Of a DNA stretch of 64,000 nucleotides, positions 55,001 to 64,000 are shown one piece after another. The notes below the pieces were generated by a model that saw only the letters and a list, made by a program, of their open reading frames with translations, was not told the DNA's origin and did not search any database. This DNA comes from an uncultured delta proteobacterium (GTDB taxonomy: Bacteria; Myxococcota_A; Polyangia; Polyangiales; Polyangiaceae), in assembly GCA_963806225.1 (NCBI GenBank), contig CAWDXG010000004.1, forward strand, positions 4,640,001 through 4,704,000. The letters are read 5' to 3'. A program made the position numbers and the translations under genes. The stretch's first letter is position 1. Every line of letters begins with the position of its first letter.

Positions 55001-56500
55001 GCGGGCTCCGGGTTGACCGGCATCTCGCAGGCGGGTGACGGCAGCACGCAGAGCTCGACCACCGACTATCCGGTCGCGCTGTGGATGCCGGTCCAGGGAG
55101 GTTGGGGGACGGTCGGGCGTTTGGTGGCGTGGTCGGATACGGGCGCGTCCTGGACTCCCCCGCCCACGGCGCTGTCGGGCCCGGGTTGGCTGTTCACCGC
55201 AACCGCCGGGATTCCGGGCACCGCAAAGCCCTCGACGGTGCGTCCGGCACAGCCGTCGGCGTCTTGTACCGTTGGCTCCCAGTGCCAGAGCGGCTTCTGC
55301 GTGGACGGGGTCTGCTGCGATTCCGCCTGCGATCAGAAATGCGAGGCGTGCAGTGCGGCGCTCAAGGGATCGGGTGCGGACGGCGCCTGCGGCCCTGTCG
55401 CCAAGGGCACGGATCCCAAGGACCAGTGCCTCGCGGCCCCCCAGGAGACCTGCAAGACGACCGGCGAGTGTGACGGCGCGGGGGCCTGCGAGCTGTTTGC
55501 CAAGGACACCGTGTGCTTCCCGGCGTCCTGCAGCGGCCCTGTGCTGTCACCCGCATTCCTCTGCGACGGGCTGGGCACGTGCTCACCGTCCAAGGCAGAG
55601 GACTGCAGCCCGAACCTGTGCAAGACGACGGGCAAAGTTTCGGCTTGCGGTTCCAGCTGCGTCAACCAGTCGGAGTGTGCGCCGAACAGCTTCTGCAAGC
55701 AGGGCGTCTGTACGGCCCTGCAGAAGCCCGGTGAGCCCTGTGTGGTCAACGCACAGTGCCTGAGCAACAACTGCGTGGACGGCGTGTGCTGCAATTCGGC
55801 GTGCGATCAGACATGCGCCGCCTGTACCAAGGCGAAAACGGGCGTTGCCGACGGGCTCTGCGCGCCGGTCACGTCCGGGACCGATCCGAACAACGAGTGC
55901 GACAAGCAGGCCGCGACTAGCTGCGGACAGGACGGCAGCTGCAGCGGCGCGTTCAGCTGCGAGCTGTACGACAAGACCACGGAGTGTGGTCAGCCTTCGT
56001 GCTTCGACGGAGAGGACCATAGTACCGCACTCAAGAGTTTCTGCGACGGCAGGGGTAGTTGCGGCCAGCAGGAGCCGAGTTCGTGCGGGAACTACAAGTG
56101 CGGCCCGACTGCCTGCCTGACGACCTGCTTGGTCGACGACGAATGCGCTGCGCTGTTCCGCTGTGACGCCCAGAAGCACACCTGCGTGCCCCGAGGCCAG
56201 GGGATCTGCATCCGGGAGGACGAGGCGGAGAACACCAATGGCAAGCAGAACTGCGCGCCGTTCTTGTGTGACCCGTCAAGCGGCACCTGTCGGACCAGCT
56301 GCGGCTCCGCGGCGGACTGCAAGACGGGATACGAGTGCAACTCCGACGGTCGGTGCGCCAGGCCGTTCCCGGTGTCGCAGCCAAACGGCTGTGGGTGCAC
56401 GGTCCCCGGGCGGCACTCGCCGCGCAACTCCCCGTGGCAGCTCGTCGCGTTCGGCCTCGTGCTGGTCGAAGCTAGAAGGTATAGCCGGCGACCAGCGTAG
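52082..56500 (+). CDS. Kelch-repeat (14 repeats) surface protein with Cys-rich region and MYXO-CTERM-like tail
   Basis: 14 copies of HTATLL.SGKVL..GG...AELYDP; two CVDGVCC modules; C-terminal GCGCTV...hydrophobic...RR. Confidence 0.9.
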   Translation: MRRPTRSRSGAAWSGAGGPSRSLVALALTGVFLAAVIMLGSACGRTPEPPGSTVVEAISRSHPGLATPFEQARVRPVRSVGPDYRIGPATGVPRGLPPEAAARLALRRRAQHPDVTAELPGTADGTVRLSVARGEFAVGVRHPGAAASKATLDHGALVYRDAVPGVDILWFAHGDSVEELWRVRTRRAVPGYHLDLPPGATLHSVSRGLIELRDAHGTAWMRLTARRAWDAGGRKLRPELVVAGNSVQVRIAPDATLPVVIDPEWESSTALSSIREHGTATVLPSGRVLLAGGTAAAAGYLEFAELYDPKTGTFTTTGHIIEQRIYHTATLLRSGKVLIVGGAGPVGGFHATAELYDEQTGLFTQTGSMSTVRADQTATMLASGKVLVAGGKDQLSKSVSSAELYDPTSGTFAAAASLAVARYGHTATRLRSGKVLIAGGYHTNSSASVVPNATAEIFDPSAGATGSFSLTGSMSAARARQIATLLPSGKVLVTAGTGTSGSLASAELFDPASGSFSPTGSLTTARTWPSAVLLPSGDVLVTGGETGGVGLFSSELYNPQSGSFGAAPSMTVQRVHHNSVMLPNGKVLVAGGPYSTVADLFDPVAAPGTATATGSMNDARRYATATLLPSGKVLVAGGQTSAGPLATAELYDPVTRTFTATASMPTPRSKHTATLLASGKVLVAGGESTGGDQTAEAELYDPAAGTFTPTGAMTVSRDAHTATLLSTGEVLIVGGVTSGNAILSSAELYDPSSGTFKTTGNMTAQRFGHTATLLPSGKVLVAAGITGNLTAELYDRSANGGAGAFSPVGNLTRARFQHTATLLSSGKVLLAGGTDGSTPLATAELYDPATGGFTQTASMFNARSGHSATMLPSGDVLFAGGQASTVLASIEVFDPGDGTNGGFIPGGSLGQARSDHVASLLPDGDVLIAGGAAAGSSLTSADTWDAGSVGNASWRAQLTSVPASVTAGQSAVIAGSGLTGISQAGDGSTQSSTTDYPVALWMPVQGGWGTVGRLVAWSDTGASWTPPPTALSGPGWLFTATAGIPGTAKPSTVRPAQPSASCTVGSQCQSGFCVDGVCCDSACDQKCEACSAALKGSGADGACGPVAKGTDPKDQCLAAPQETCKTTGECDGAGACELFAKDTVCFPASCSGPVLSPAFLCDGLGTCSPSKAEDCSPNLCKTTGKVSACGSSCVNQSECAPNSFCKQGVCTALQKPGEPCVVNAQCLSNNCVDGVCCNSACDQTCAACTKAKTGVADGLCAPVTSGTDPNNECDKQAATSCGQDGSCSGAFSCELYDKTTECGQPSCFDGEDHSTALKSFCDGRGSCGQQEPSSCGNYKCGPTACLTTCLVDDECAALFRCDAQKHTCVPRGQGICIREDEAENTNGKQNCAPFLCDPSSGTCRTSCGSAADCKTGYECNSDGRCARPFPVSQPNGCGCTVPGRHSPRNSPWQLVAFGLVLVEARRYSRRPA

Positions 56501-58358
56501 GAACGAAGACGACGAAGGGAGCGTAGCCCCGCTCGCCGGCGACCTTTGCCGTGTTCTTCGCGCAATCGACTGGTCTTGTCTGGTTGGGCGGGGGCGGATT
56601 GCGATCGCAGCTGTCGGTACCGACCACGCGCGTATCGCCCGTCTCGAGGCGGGGCCCGGTCACCGGGAAGATGAACGCCCCCAGGCCCAGCCCGGCGTGG
56701 AGCGCACCGAACTTCCAGACAAGCCGCGCCTCCGGGTCGACGAAGACCGCCGCGGAGCGCACGGTCTTGCCCGAGTTCTGGACCTCGGCGGGTACCGTCT
56801 TGCCGAGCGCGGAGGCCTCGGCATCGAGCACGTCTCGCACGCCGGCGAACACGACGCCGACATCGGCGCGCAGCGCGAGCGAAATACGCTTTGACAGCTC
56901 GATCGGGTAGCCTGCACCGACCAGGGCCAACGGACCCTGGAAACGGATATGGTCGGTGTACTCGTACGCGACCGCCACGCTGTCTCCATTGCCGCCGTCG
57001 TAGGTGTCGTGGAGCGTGCGGGTGAGCGTCTTCGACAGGCTCAGGTAGCCCACGCCCAGCTCGACCGAGACGCCGAAGGGGAACTGCCAGCCGCCGCGGA
57101 GGCCGGCCACCGGTCCATGCGCGATGCCCTGCTTCGAGCAGGCACCCTGGTTGCAGCCCGCCTCCATGTCGCTGCCGAAGGAGCCAAACAGGCCAAAGCC
57201 CGCGAACGCCTCCGCCCAGGGCTTTCCCGGTTCCGGGCGACCCCAGCGAGGGCTGTCACTGTCCACGCGCAGTTTGAGCGCTATCGTGTTGCCGCGATTG
57301 GGCTCGATGTGAAGTGTCCGCTGTTCCGGATGGTAGCCGTATTCGCGCGCCAGGACCTGGACCTCGCCCACAGGCAGTCGTCCCTGCCATTGTTCGTGGC
57401 CCACCCGGACGCCGTCGATGTAGAGCTCGGCGGTGGGCGGGTCCACGGCGAAACGCAGGTCGCCGCTCAACGGCCCTGCCTTCACCTCGACCAGCACCGT
57501 CTGTCCCTCCACCACGACGGCTGATCGCGGTGCGGTGCCGATGTCGCCCTTGCGCACCCGGTAGCGGTGCGTTCCGGGTGCCAGCGTGCCCTCCCAGGGA
57601 AGGGTGCCGACCTTGCCGCCGTCGATGAAGAGATCCGCACCGGCGAGCGCCGGGTCGTCGACACGTAGCTTGCCGACATGCAGCAGCCGCTTGAGCCGCG
57701 CGTCGATCAGCTTCTTCTGCCGCACCTTGATGCTGATGTTTTCCTCGAATGCGTCGTAGCCGTCCTTGAGCACCCGGACCACATGCCGGCCCGGCAGCAC
57801 GGGTACGGGTGACGTCAGCGGAAGCTTGCCGCGCTGCCGACCGTCGACCAGAAGCACGCCGTTGACGTTGGACGAGACATCCAGCGAACCCAGCTTGCCG
57901 CGGAGGACGCGCATGGCATTGGCAACGCCGCGGCGATCCCTGTTGTCGAGGTGTGTGAAGCGCGTGAGGAGATCCTCGTACATCTCGAGTGCCTCGTCGA
58001 AGCGGCCGAGATGATCGAGGGTCAGCGCTGCATTGAGCGTGTTCGGGATGGAAGGAAGCGCGCGCCGGGAAGCGAGGTACATGTCGAGCGCGCCCTGGTA
58101 GTCACCCGCCGAGCGCAGCTCGTTGCCCTTGCGGAACAGTTCCTTCGCGTCTTCGAGCTTCCTGGTCTGGTCGGGAGACGCCGCATCGGCATCAGCCGGT
58201 GCGGCGTCTCCGGGTCCTGCCGGTTCGCTCGGCGTGCCAGCGCTGTGGCCCGGACCTGGCGCCGGCGTCTGTGCGCGGATTGCCGGTGCCGACGAGAGCA
58301 CACAAGCTGCAGCGGCAGCCGCCGACCACTGCGCTACGTCCCGACGTATCCGTCTCAC
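56472..58358 (-). CDS. TPR plus multiple PEGA domain protein with beta-rich C-terminus
   Basis: Signal peptide; AKELFRKG...ALDMY TPR; PEGA motifs VDGRQRGKLP, PGRHVVRVLKDGY and PPTAELYIDG; GTGA overlap with the kinase. Confidence 0.88.
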   Translation of the reverse strand: MRRIRRDVAQWSAAAAAACVLSSAPAIRAQTPAPGPGHSAGTPSEPAGPGDAAPADADAASPDQTRKLEDAKELFRKGNELRSAGDYQGALDMYLASRRALPSIPNTLNAALTLDHLGRFDEALEMYEDLLTRFTHLDNRDRRGVANAMRVLRGKLGSLDVSSNVNGVLLVDGRQRGKLPLTSPVPVLPGRHVVRVLKDGYDAFEENISIKVRQKKLIDARLKRLLHVGKLRVDDPALAGADLFIDGGKVGTLPWEGTLAPGTHRYRVRKGDIGTAPRSAVVVEGQTVLVEVKAGPLSGDLRFAVDPPTAELYIDGVRVGHEQWQGRLPVGEVQVLAREYGYHPEQRTLHIEPNRGNTIALKLRVDSDSPRWGRPEPGKPWAEAFAGFGLFGSFGSDMEAGCNQGACSKQGIAHGPVAGLRGGWQFPFGVSVELGVGYLSLSKTLTRTLHDTYDGGNGDSVAVAYEYTDHIRFQGPLALVGAGYPIELSKRISLALRADVGVVFAGVRDVLDAEASALGKTVPAEVQNSGKTVRSAAVFVDPEARLVWKFGALHAGLGLGAFIFPVTGPRLETGDTRVVGTDSCDRNPPPPNQTRPVDCAKNTAKVAGERGYAPFVVFVPTLVAGYTF

Positions 58359-60928
58359 CACTTGGTCTTGAATTGTGGCTGCTGGCTGGGCTCGCTGCTC
58401 GCCCTGGGCGGCGGGTTCGCCTTCGCCCTGGAGCTTGCGCTGGGGGCGGTGTGCTTCGCAGTCTGCCAGTGGTGAGTGCTGTGCGAAACCTGTTCCTTTT
58501 CGACCACCACAGAGTCGGGAATGGCGCGGCCGTCGCGTGCCAGCACGACGCTCTCGCTCTTCTTCGCGCCGCCCGCGAGCGTTGCCACGACGCTGAATGC
58601 GGTTCCGGGCGGCCCACTCAGTACGATCTGGCCGTCCTCTATGTGGGCGGGCTTGCCGTTGACCGTGACCTCGGCCGTGGGCGGCTGGATCTTCACGCTC
58701 GCGTGCGAAGTCGGCGCGGGGGGAGCGGCGCTCTTCTCTGGCTGTACCGGCACCGTCACCGACTTCACCGGCGGGGGCACCGCGCTCTTCGGCGTGTGAC
58801 GCGCGCCGAGGGCAACCGCGGCCACCGCGATGGCTCCGGCCGCGACGAGGCCCAGCGCAATCGAGGACCTGCGCGGTCCGCGTTCGAGCTCGCCCGCCGC
58901 CACCGTCACGTCCTCGCTCGCCCTGGTACCCGATACGCCGCCCATGACCGTTGCGGACTCGTCGTCGGTCGGCGGAGGTGGGAGCGACGACGCCTTCATC
59001 GAACGGAGCTCCGGCGGCACCGGTTCGAGGTCCGCCAGCGTGAAGTCCTCGCTTCCCCCGAGGAACGGCTCCAGGGCTGCGATGAGCTCGTCCACGCTCG
59101 CGTAGCGTCTGGCCAATTCGGGACGAAGGCCGCGATGGACCACTTCCGCAAGCTGACGATCGAGCCATGGCGCGCTGCGTGTGAGCGGAGGAACCGCCTG
59201 TGTGCAGATAGCGACGATGATTTCGCCGAGCGCCGAGCGGCCCGCCCACGGCTTGGTCCCGCTCAGAGCCTCGTAGAGCGAGATGCACAGGCTCCAGATG
59301 TCCGTGCGGCGGTCCACCTTCCGCGCGTTGCTGGCCTGTTCGGGTGACATGTAGATGGGCGAGCCGAGCATGCTGCCCGTGCGCGTAAGCTCGTGCGATC
59401 CCGTCTGGTCGCCGTCCACCTCCGAGGCGCGCTTCGCGATGCCGAAGTCGCAGACCTTCACCGTCACGCGTCCGTCCTCCCCCTCGTGGAGGAACAGATT
59501 TGCCGGCTTGATGTCGCGGTGGATGATCTGCTGGTGGTGAGCGTCGGCGATGCCGCGGGCGGCCTGTACGAAGAGTCGCAGAGCCGGCTGGGCGGAGAGA
59601 GCGCCTCGCTCGCGGAGCACGCTCTTCAGGTCCACGCCGCGCAGAAGCTCCATGATGATGAACGGTGCCTTGAGCTCCTCATCCACCCCGCCCTCGATGG
59701 TCCGGACCACGTGAGGGCTGTTGACAAGAGCTGCCGACTTGGCTTCGCGGAAGAAGCGCTTGTAGTGCTCCTCGTCTTCTCCGATGTGGCGGCGATCGAT
59801 GACCTTGGCGGCTGCCAGGCTGCCATGGGGGTCCTCGACCTCGAAGACCGCGCCCATGCCGCCGCGCCCGATCACGCGCAACATCTTCCAGCGTCCGCCG
59901 AGCTTGTGCCCGATGAGCGATGCCAGGCGCGCGGGCTCGTGCTGCGCCTTGCCGAACAATCCCGTGGACGAGGCGGTACCGGCGTCCGACGAGGTGACTT
60001 CCGACGGGGGGCTGCCGAGAGCCTGCGGATCCGCACGCTCGGCGACGCGCCGGCGCTGGACTGGATCGATCGCGACGAGCGAGCCGGCGTACAACTGTTC
60101 GCTATCGCCGGAGTACGGCAGAAGGGCGCTGGCGAAGGCTTCTACCGTGGGCCAGCGCTGGTCCGGATCGGGCTGGAGGGCCAGGTGCAACGCGATCGTG
60201 AGGCCCGGAGTCACCCAGGGCGCGACGTCCTGGATCGAGACCACGTTGTCCTGGACGCTGCTTTCGGATCCCGGCGAGCTGCCGCCCAGCAGCCAGTACA
60301 GGCACGCTCCAAGGCTCCAGACCGTCGAGCGCTCGTCGAGCGACTCCGGCGCGCTGCGTCGCTCCGGCGCAACGAAGCTCCGGAGCAGAACGACGTCGGT
60401 TCCGGTGAGCCCGTCCGTTTCAGGGACTACCTCCCGCGCGCTGCCGAGCGGAGCGACCTTCACGGTGACCTCGTCGCCCGGTCCGCTGACCAGCCACAGA
60501 TCCGACGCGCGAACCTCGGCCAGCCGTCCCCCGGCGGCCTGGAGCTCCATCACCCCGCGGCATGCCTGGAGGATGATGCGGACTGCCGTCTGGGATTCGA
60601 CCGGGCCCCGCTCCGCTATCAACCGTCGTGCGTCGGTGCCTTGTAGTTCCGGCATTGCGACGAACACGCGGCCGGCCGCGACACCGAAGTCCAGAACTGG
60701 AACCAGGTGTGCGCCTTCTTGTGCTGCGAAGGCCGGGTCGGACTCGAGGTGCTGAACCCGCTCGTCGGGATTGTCCCCGACCTGCACGAGTTCGATCGTG
60801 ACGCGGGTGCCGTCAACGCTCTCGCCTGCGAAGCGCCCATTTGCCGAGCTGTCGAGCGCGTGCTCCAAGCGAAACCGCCCGACCATGGCTCCCGGGGGAG
60901 GCCCGATGCTCGGCTCGGATACACCCAT
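58355..60928 (-). CDS. Membrane Ser/Thr protein kinase with an N-terminal degenerate kinase domain
   Basis: Intact domain IGRGGMGAV, AAKV, HRDIKPANLF, CDFG and YMSPE; upstream domain keeps FVAPE and VWSLG but lacks HRD and DFG; TM and PEGA-like tail. Confidence 0.93.
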   Translation of the reverse strand: MGVSEPSIGPPPGAMVGRFRLEHALDSSANGRFAGESVDGTRVTIELVQVGDNPDERVQHLESDPAFAAQEGAHLVPVLDFGVAAGRVFVAMPELQGTDARRLIAERGPVESQTAVRIILQACRGVMELQAAGGRLAEVRASDLWLVSGPGDEVTVKVAPLGSAREVVPETDGLTGTDVVLLRSFVAPERRSAPESLDERSTVWSLGACLYWLLGGSSPGSESSVQDNVVSIQDVAPWVTPGLTIALHLALQPDPDQRWPTVEAFASALLPYSGDSEQLYAGSLVAIDPVQRRRVAERADPQALGSPPSEVTSSDAGTASSTGLFGKAQHEPARLASLIGHKLGGRWKMLRVIGRGGMGAVFEVEDPHGSLAAAKVIDRRHIGEDEEHYKRFFREAKSAALVNSPHVVRTIEGGVDEELKAPFIIMELLRGVDLKSVLRERGALSAQPALRLFVQAARGIADAHHQQIIHRDIKPANLFLHEGEDGRVTVKVCDFGIAKRASEVDGDQTGSHELTRTGSMLGSPIYMSPEQASNARKVDRRTDIWSLCISLYEALSGTKPWAGRSALGEIIVAICTQAVPPLTRSAPWLDRQLAEVVHRGLRPELARRYASVDELIAALEPFLGGSEDFTLADLEPVPPELRSMKASSLPPPPTDDESATVMGGVSGTRASEDVTVAAGELERGPRRSSIALGLVAAGAIAVAAVALGARHTPKSAVPPPVKSVTVPVQPEKSAAPPAPTSHASVKIQPPTAEVTVNGKPAHIEDGQIVLSGPPGTAFSVVATLAGGAKKSESVVLARDGRAIPDSVVVEKEQVSHSTHHWQTAKHTAPSASSRAKANPPPRASSEPSQQPQFKTKW

Positions 60929-61097
60929 ATCCCATCATGATACCATGTGGGCGCGGGCTGGAACGGGTCGGGTGTCGCCCCCTCACGCGGACGGGGTCGC
61001 GTGCCGATCGCTAGCATAAAGTGCTGTAATTGCAAGATGAATCAGTGCCACTGGGCCCGGGTCGCTGTTGTCACGTCGTGCTAGAAGCGCTGTCGAG

Positions 61098-61967
61098 ATG
61101 ACAATGACATCCGCGTTCGTCGAGCGCGCCGCTGGTCGTGGGCCCCGACTCGCCTACCAGCTCGCAGTCCCAGAGCGCGGTGCGCCGCGCGGAGCGGTGC
61201 TCCTCACGCACGGTTTCGGCGAGCACAGCGCCCGCTACGGCGAGGTGATCACGGCGCTGACGGAGCGCGAGCTGATCGTCGCGAGCTACGACCTCCGCGG
61301 GCACGGCCGCTCGGAGGGGCCACGCGGACACATCGAGTCGTTCGACGACTATCTGCGCGACGCCGACGACCTGCTCGCGCATCTCGCCGGCGACGAGGGC
61401 TGGAAGGCAGCGGGAAAACCGGTGCTGTTCGGCCACAGCCTGGGCGGATTGATCTCGACCCACGTGGCGCTGGCGGGGCAGGAGCGTTTCCGTGGGCTCG
61501 CAATGACTTCGCCCTTTTTCGGCCTGGCCTTGCAGGTGCCGGCGATCAAGAAGTTGCTGGGGCGGGGCATGAGCCGACTGTTCCCGCGTTTCGCGCAGCC
61601 ATCTGGATTGTCCGGTGCCCAGCTCACGCACGATCGCGAAATAGCGGAGCGCTACGACGCCGATCCGCTCGGCGTGAAGAACGTCACGGCACGTTGGTTT
61701 ACCGAGACCGAACAGGCCCAGGAGCGGGCGTTGACTGCGGCCCCGCAGCTCGAGCTGCCGCTGTTCTGCCTGGCCGCCGGCGAAGACATAGTGGCGTCGA
61801 CGCCGACGACGGAGCGCTTCTTCCAGCTCGCCGGCAGTCGGGAAAAGGAGCTCCGCGTGCTCGACGGCCTGTTCCACGAGGTGCTCAACGAGGTCGACCG
61901 CGCTCCGCATATTGCCGTGGTCGGTGACCGCATTCTCGCCTGGGTATCAGGGTCAGCCGGGCACTAG
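61098..61967 (+). CDS. Alpha/beta hydrolase (lysophospholipase/monoglyceride lipase family)
   Basis: HGFGEHSARY, DLRGHGRS, nucleophile GHSLG, and FHEVLNE. Confidence 0.92.
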   Translation: MTMTSAFVERAAGRGPRLAYQLAVPERGAPRGAVLLTHGFGEHSARYGEVITALTERELIVASYDLRGHGRSEGPRGHIESFDDYLRDADDLLAHLAGDEGWKAAGKPVLFGHSLGGLISTHVALAGQERFRGLAMTSPFFGLALQVPAIKKLLGRGMSRLFPRFAQPSGLSGAQLTHDREIAERYDADPLGVKNVTARWFTETEQAQERALTAAPQLELPLFCLAAGEDIVASTPTTERFFQLAGSREKELRVLDGLFHEVLNEVDRAPHIAVVGDRILAWVSGSAGH

Positions 61968-62033
61968 AGTCGCGAAGCGGGCCACTCCTCATGCCCACGC
62001 GCCCGCGATCGGCGCTACGCTGCGGTGGTCGCA

Positions 62034-63980
62034 ATGCTGGAGAGCGCAGGCGAGGACGAGATCGGGGACGAGCGGCTCGAGACCCTGGCGGAGGCGATCG
62101 TGGAAGCGGCCGACGCCGCCGGGATCGGCCTCCTGATCGCGACGAGTCTTACGCTGGAGCCCCGCACCATCTACGTCAGCGATGCGGCGGTGGATATCTT
62201 CGGCTACTCCCGTGAGGAGCTTGTCGGGATGCCGACCTTCCAGCTCGTCGCGCCGGAAGCGCTCGCCGACGTCACGGCGCTGGCCGAACACAACATCGAA
62301 GGCGTGTTCACGCCCGCCTTCGAGTCGACGATCGTGCAGAAGGACGGGACGCGGATTCCGCTCGAGTTGGCGGTCAGCCAGGTCGAGCTCGAAGGCATGC
62401 CGGTGGCGGTGGCCTTCCTGTTCGATGTCTCGCGGCGCAGGCAGACACAGGAAGCGTTAGAGCGCTCGGAAGACCGCTTCCGCATGCTGATCGAATCGGC
62501 GCCCGAAGCGGTGTGGATCACCGACGGCAAGACCTTGGCCTACGCGAATCCGGCCGCCATCGAGCTCTTCGGCTACGAGCGGCTGGACGAGGTGAGCGGA
62601 GTTCCGGTCGTCGACTTCGTCTACCCCCAGGACCGGCCGGCCGTGGAGGATCGCACTCGCGCCATGCTGGAGCGTGGGGAGGAGCTTCCTCCGCACGAGT
62701 ATCGCGTCCACCGGCGCGACGGCGAGCTGATGACGCTGGAAGTCAGTTCCATCGGCACGGAGTACGAAGGTCGTCGAGCCGTGCTGTCGTTCGGTCGCGA
62801 CGTAACCGAGCGCAAGCAGTACGAGATGCAGCTGTTGCAGGCCGACCGCCTTTCCGCGCTGGGCATGTTGGCAGGAGGCATGGCGCACGCCATCAACAAC
62901 CCGCTGACCTATGTCCTGTTGAACCTCGAGCACCTGGGGCGTCGTCTTCCCGGCCTCGCCGCCGACAGAAGCTACCTGGGCGAAGCGATGGTCCGTCTGC
63001 GCGAGGCGCACCACGGCGCCGAGCGCGTGGCCAGCGTCGTGCGTCAGATGCGGGCGTTCTCGCGCTCGGAGGGTGACGCGACCACCGAAGTCGACGTGCG
63101 CCGCGTGCTCGACGCAGCGGTCGGCATGGTGGGCAACGAGATCCGCCACCGCGGTCGCCTGGTCACCCAATACGAAGAGGTGCCGCCCGTGCTCGCCAGC
63201 GAGGCCCGGCTGGAACAGGTCTTCCTCAATCTGCTCGTGCACGCGGCGCAGTCCCTGCCCGAGGGCGAGGCGGGAAAGGGAAAGGTCCAGATCACGGCGA
63301 GGTACGAGCCTCCGGGTCATGTTGTCGTCGAGGTCTCCGACAACGGACCAGGGCTCGAGCCGCAGCAGCTCGAACGTGTGTTCGAGCCCTTCTCCCAGCG
63401 GGGGCAGGCGCAGGCCGGACTCGGGCTGTCCATCTGCTACGGCATCGTCGAGGCGCTGGGCGGCGCCATGCGGGTCGACAGCGAGCCGGGGCGCGGCACC
63501 ACGTTCCGGGTCACGCTGCCCAGCTCGGAGCGCGAGCGCACGCGCTCGACGCCGGAGCCGCGTCCTGATTCGGCGCCGTCCTCGCCGCGCAGCGTGCGAG
63601 CGCGCGTTCTGGTCGTGGATGACGATCCCGGCGTCGGCAGCGCGCTCAGGATCATGCTCGAAGACGAGCATGAAGTGACCTCCGTGACCGAGGCGCAGGA
63701 AGCGCTCCGGCTGCTCCTTCGGGACGACGGCTACGATATCGTCTTCTGCGACCTGATGATGCCGGAGCTGTCGGGCATGGACGTGTTCGATGCGCTCCGG
63801 CTCAACCGACCGGGCGAGGAGAAGAAGCTCGTCTTCATGACCGGCGGCGCCTTCACGCCCGACGCGACACGGTTTCTCTCGAAGGTGAAGAACCTCCGCA
63901 TCGAGAAACCGTTCAACCTCAAGGAGCTCCGGCGTCTGGTGCGCCGTGCGGTGCTCGGCGAGAGCCCGGACGAAGACTAG
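62034..63980 (+). CDS. Hybrid sensor histidine kinase (PAS-PAS-HisKA-HATPase-REC)
   Basis: Two PAS/PAC domains; H-box AHAINNPL; QVFLNL, DNGPG and GLGL; receiver VVDDD, CDLMMP and EKPF. Confidence 0.94.
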   Translation: MLESAGEDEIGDERLETLAEAIVEAADAAGIGLLIATSLTLEPRTIYVSDAAVDIFGYSREELVGMPTFQLVAPEALADVTALAEHNIEGVFTPAFESTIVQKDGTRIPLELAVSQVELEGMPVAVAFLFDVSRRRQTQEALERSEDRFRMLIESAPEAVWITDGKTLAYANPAAIELFGYERLDEVSGVPVVDFVYPQDRPAVEDRTRAMLERGEELPPHEYRVHRRDGELMTLEVSSIGTEYEGRRAVLSFGRDVTERKQYEMQLLQADRLSALGMLAGGMAHAINNPLTYVLLNLEHLGRRLPGLAADRSYLGEAMVRLREAHHGAERVASVVRQMRAFSRSEGDATTEVDVRRVLDAAVGMVGNEIRHRGRLVTQYEEVPPVLASEARLEQVFLNLLVHAAQSLPEGEAGKGKVQITARYEPPGHVVVEVSDNGPGLEPQQLERVFEPFSQRGQAQAGLGLSICYGIVEALGGAMRVDSEPGRGTTFRVTLPSSERERTRSTPEPRPDSAPSSPRSVRARVLVVDDDPGVGSALRIMLEDEHEVTSVTEAQEALRLLLRDDGYDIVFCDLMMPELSGMDVFDALRLNRPGEEKKLVFMTGGAFTPDATRFLSKVKNLRIEKPFNLKELRRLVRRAVLGESPDED

Positions 63981-64000
63981 CGCCCGGCGCGGGTGTCCGC

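Overview
High-GC window from a myxobacterium, most likely Polyangia/Sorangiineae-like. This rests on the 16S sequence, MYXO-CTERM-type tails, Cys-rich DUF4215-type repeats, an AgmX/PglI domain and a PEGA-kinase pair. The left half is mostly housekeeping: pepA end, parvulin, a complete rrn operon (16S, tRNA-Ile, tRNA-Ala, 23S, 5S), a GT51 transglycosylase, tadA with tRNA-Arg(ACG), aroE, a carboxyltransferase, an S8 protease, gdhA, mutL-miaA, rplU-rpmA and two acyl-CoA dehydrogenases. From about 36.8 kb the region is accessory. It begins with palindromic tandem repeats and a decayed AbiEii-like remnant. Next comes the main finding, a five-gene cassette (37950-41027) ordered like lcrG-lcrV-lcrH-yopB-yopD: small ORF, Bsp22/EspA-like tip, SycD/LcrH-like chaperone, SctE-like and SctB-like translocators. 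No injectisome genes are recognisable in the window. It is followed by a GltF/GltG-like pair, three paralogous Cys-rich lipoproteins sharing an unrecognised C-terminal domain ending in TNNLP, an FHA protein, a 14-repeat kelch surface protein, a TPR-PEGA protein, a pseudokinase-kinase, a lipase and a hybrid PAS histidine kinase. Many single-base frameshifts, including one in rplU, indicate sequencing or assembly indels, so broken genes are not treated as true pseudogenes. All family calls come from motifs read by eye; no database search was run.
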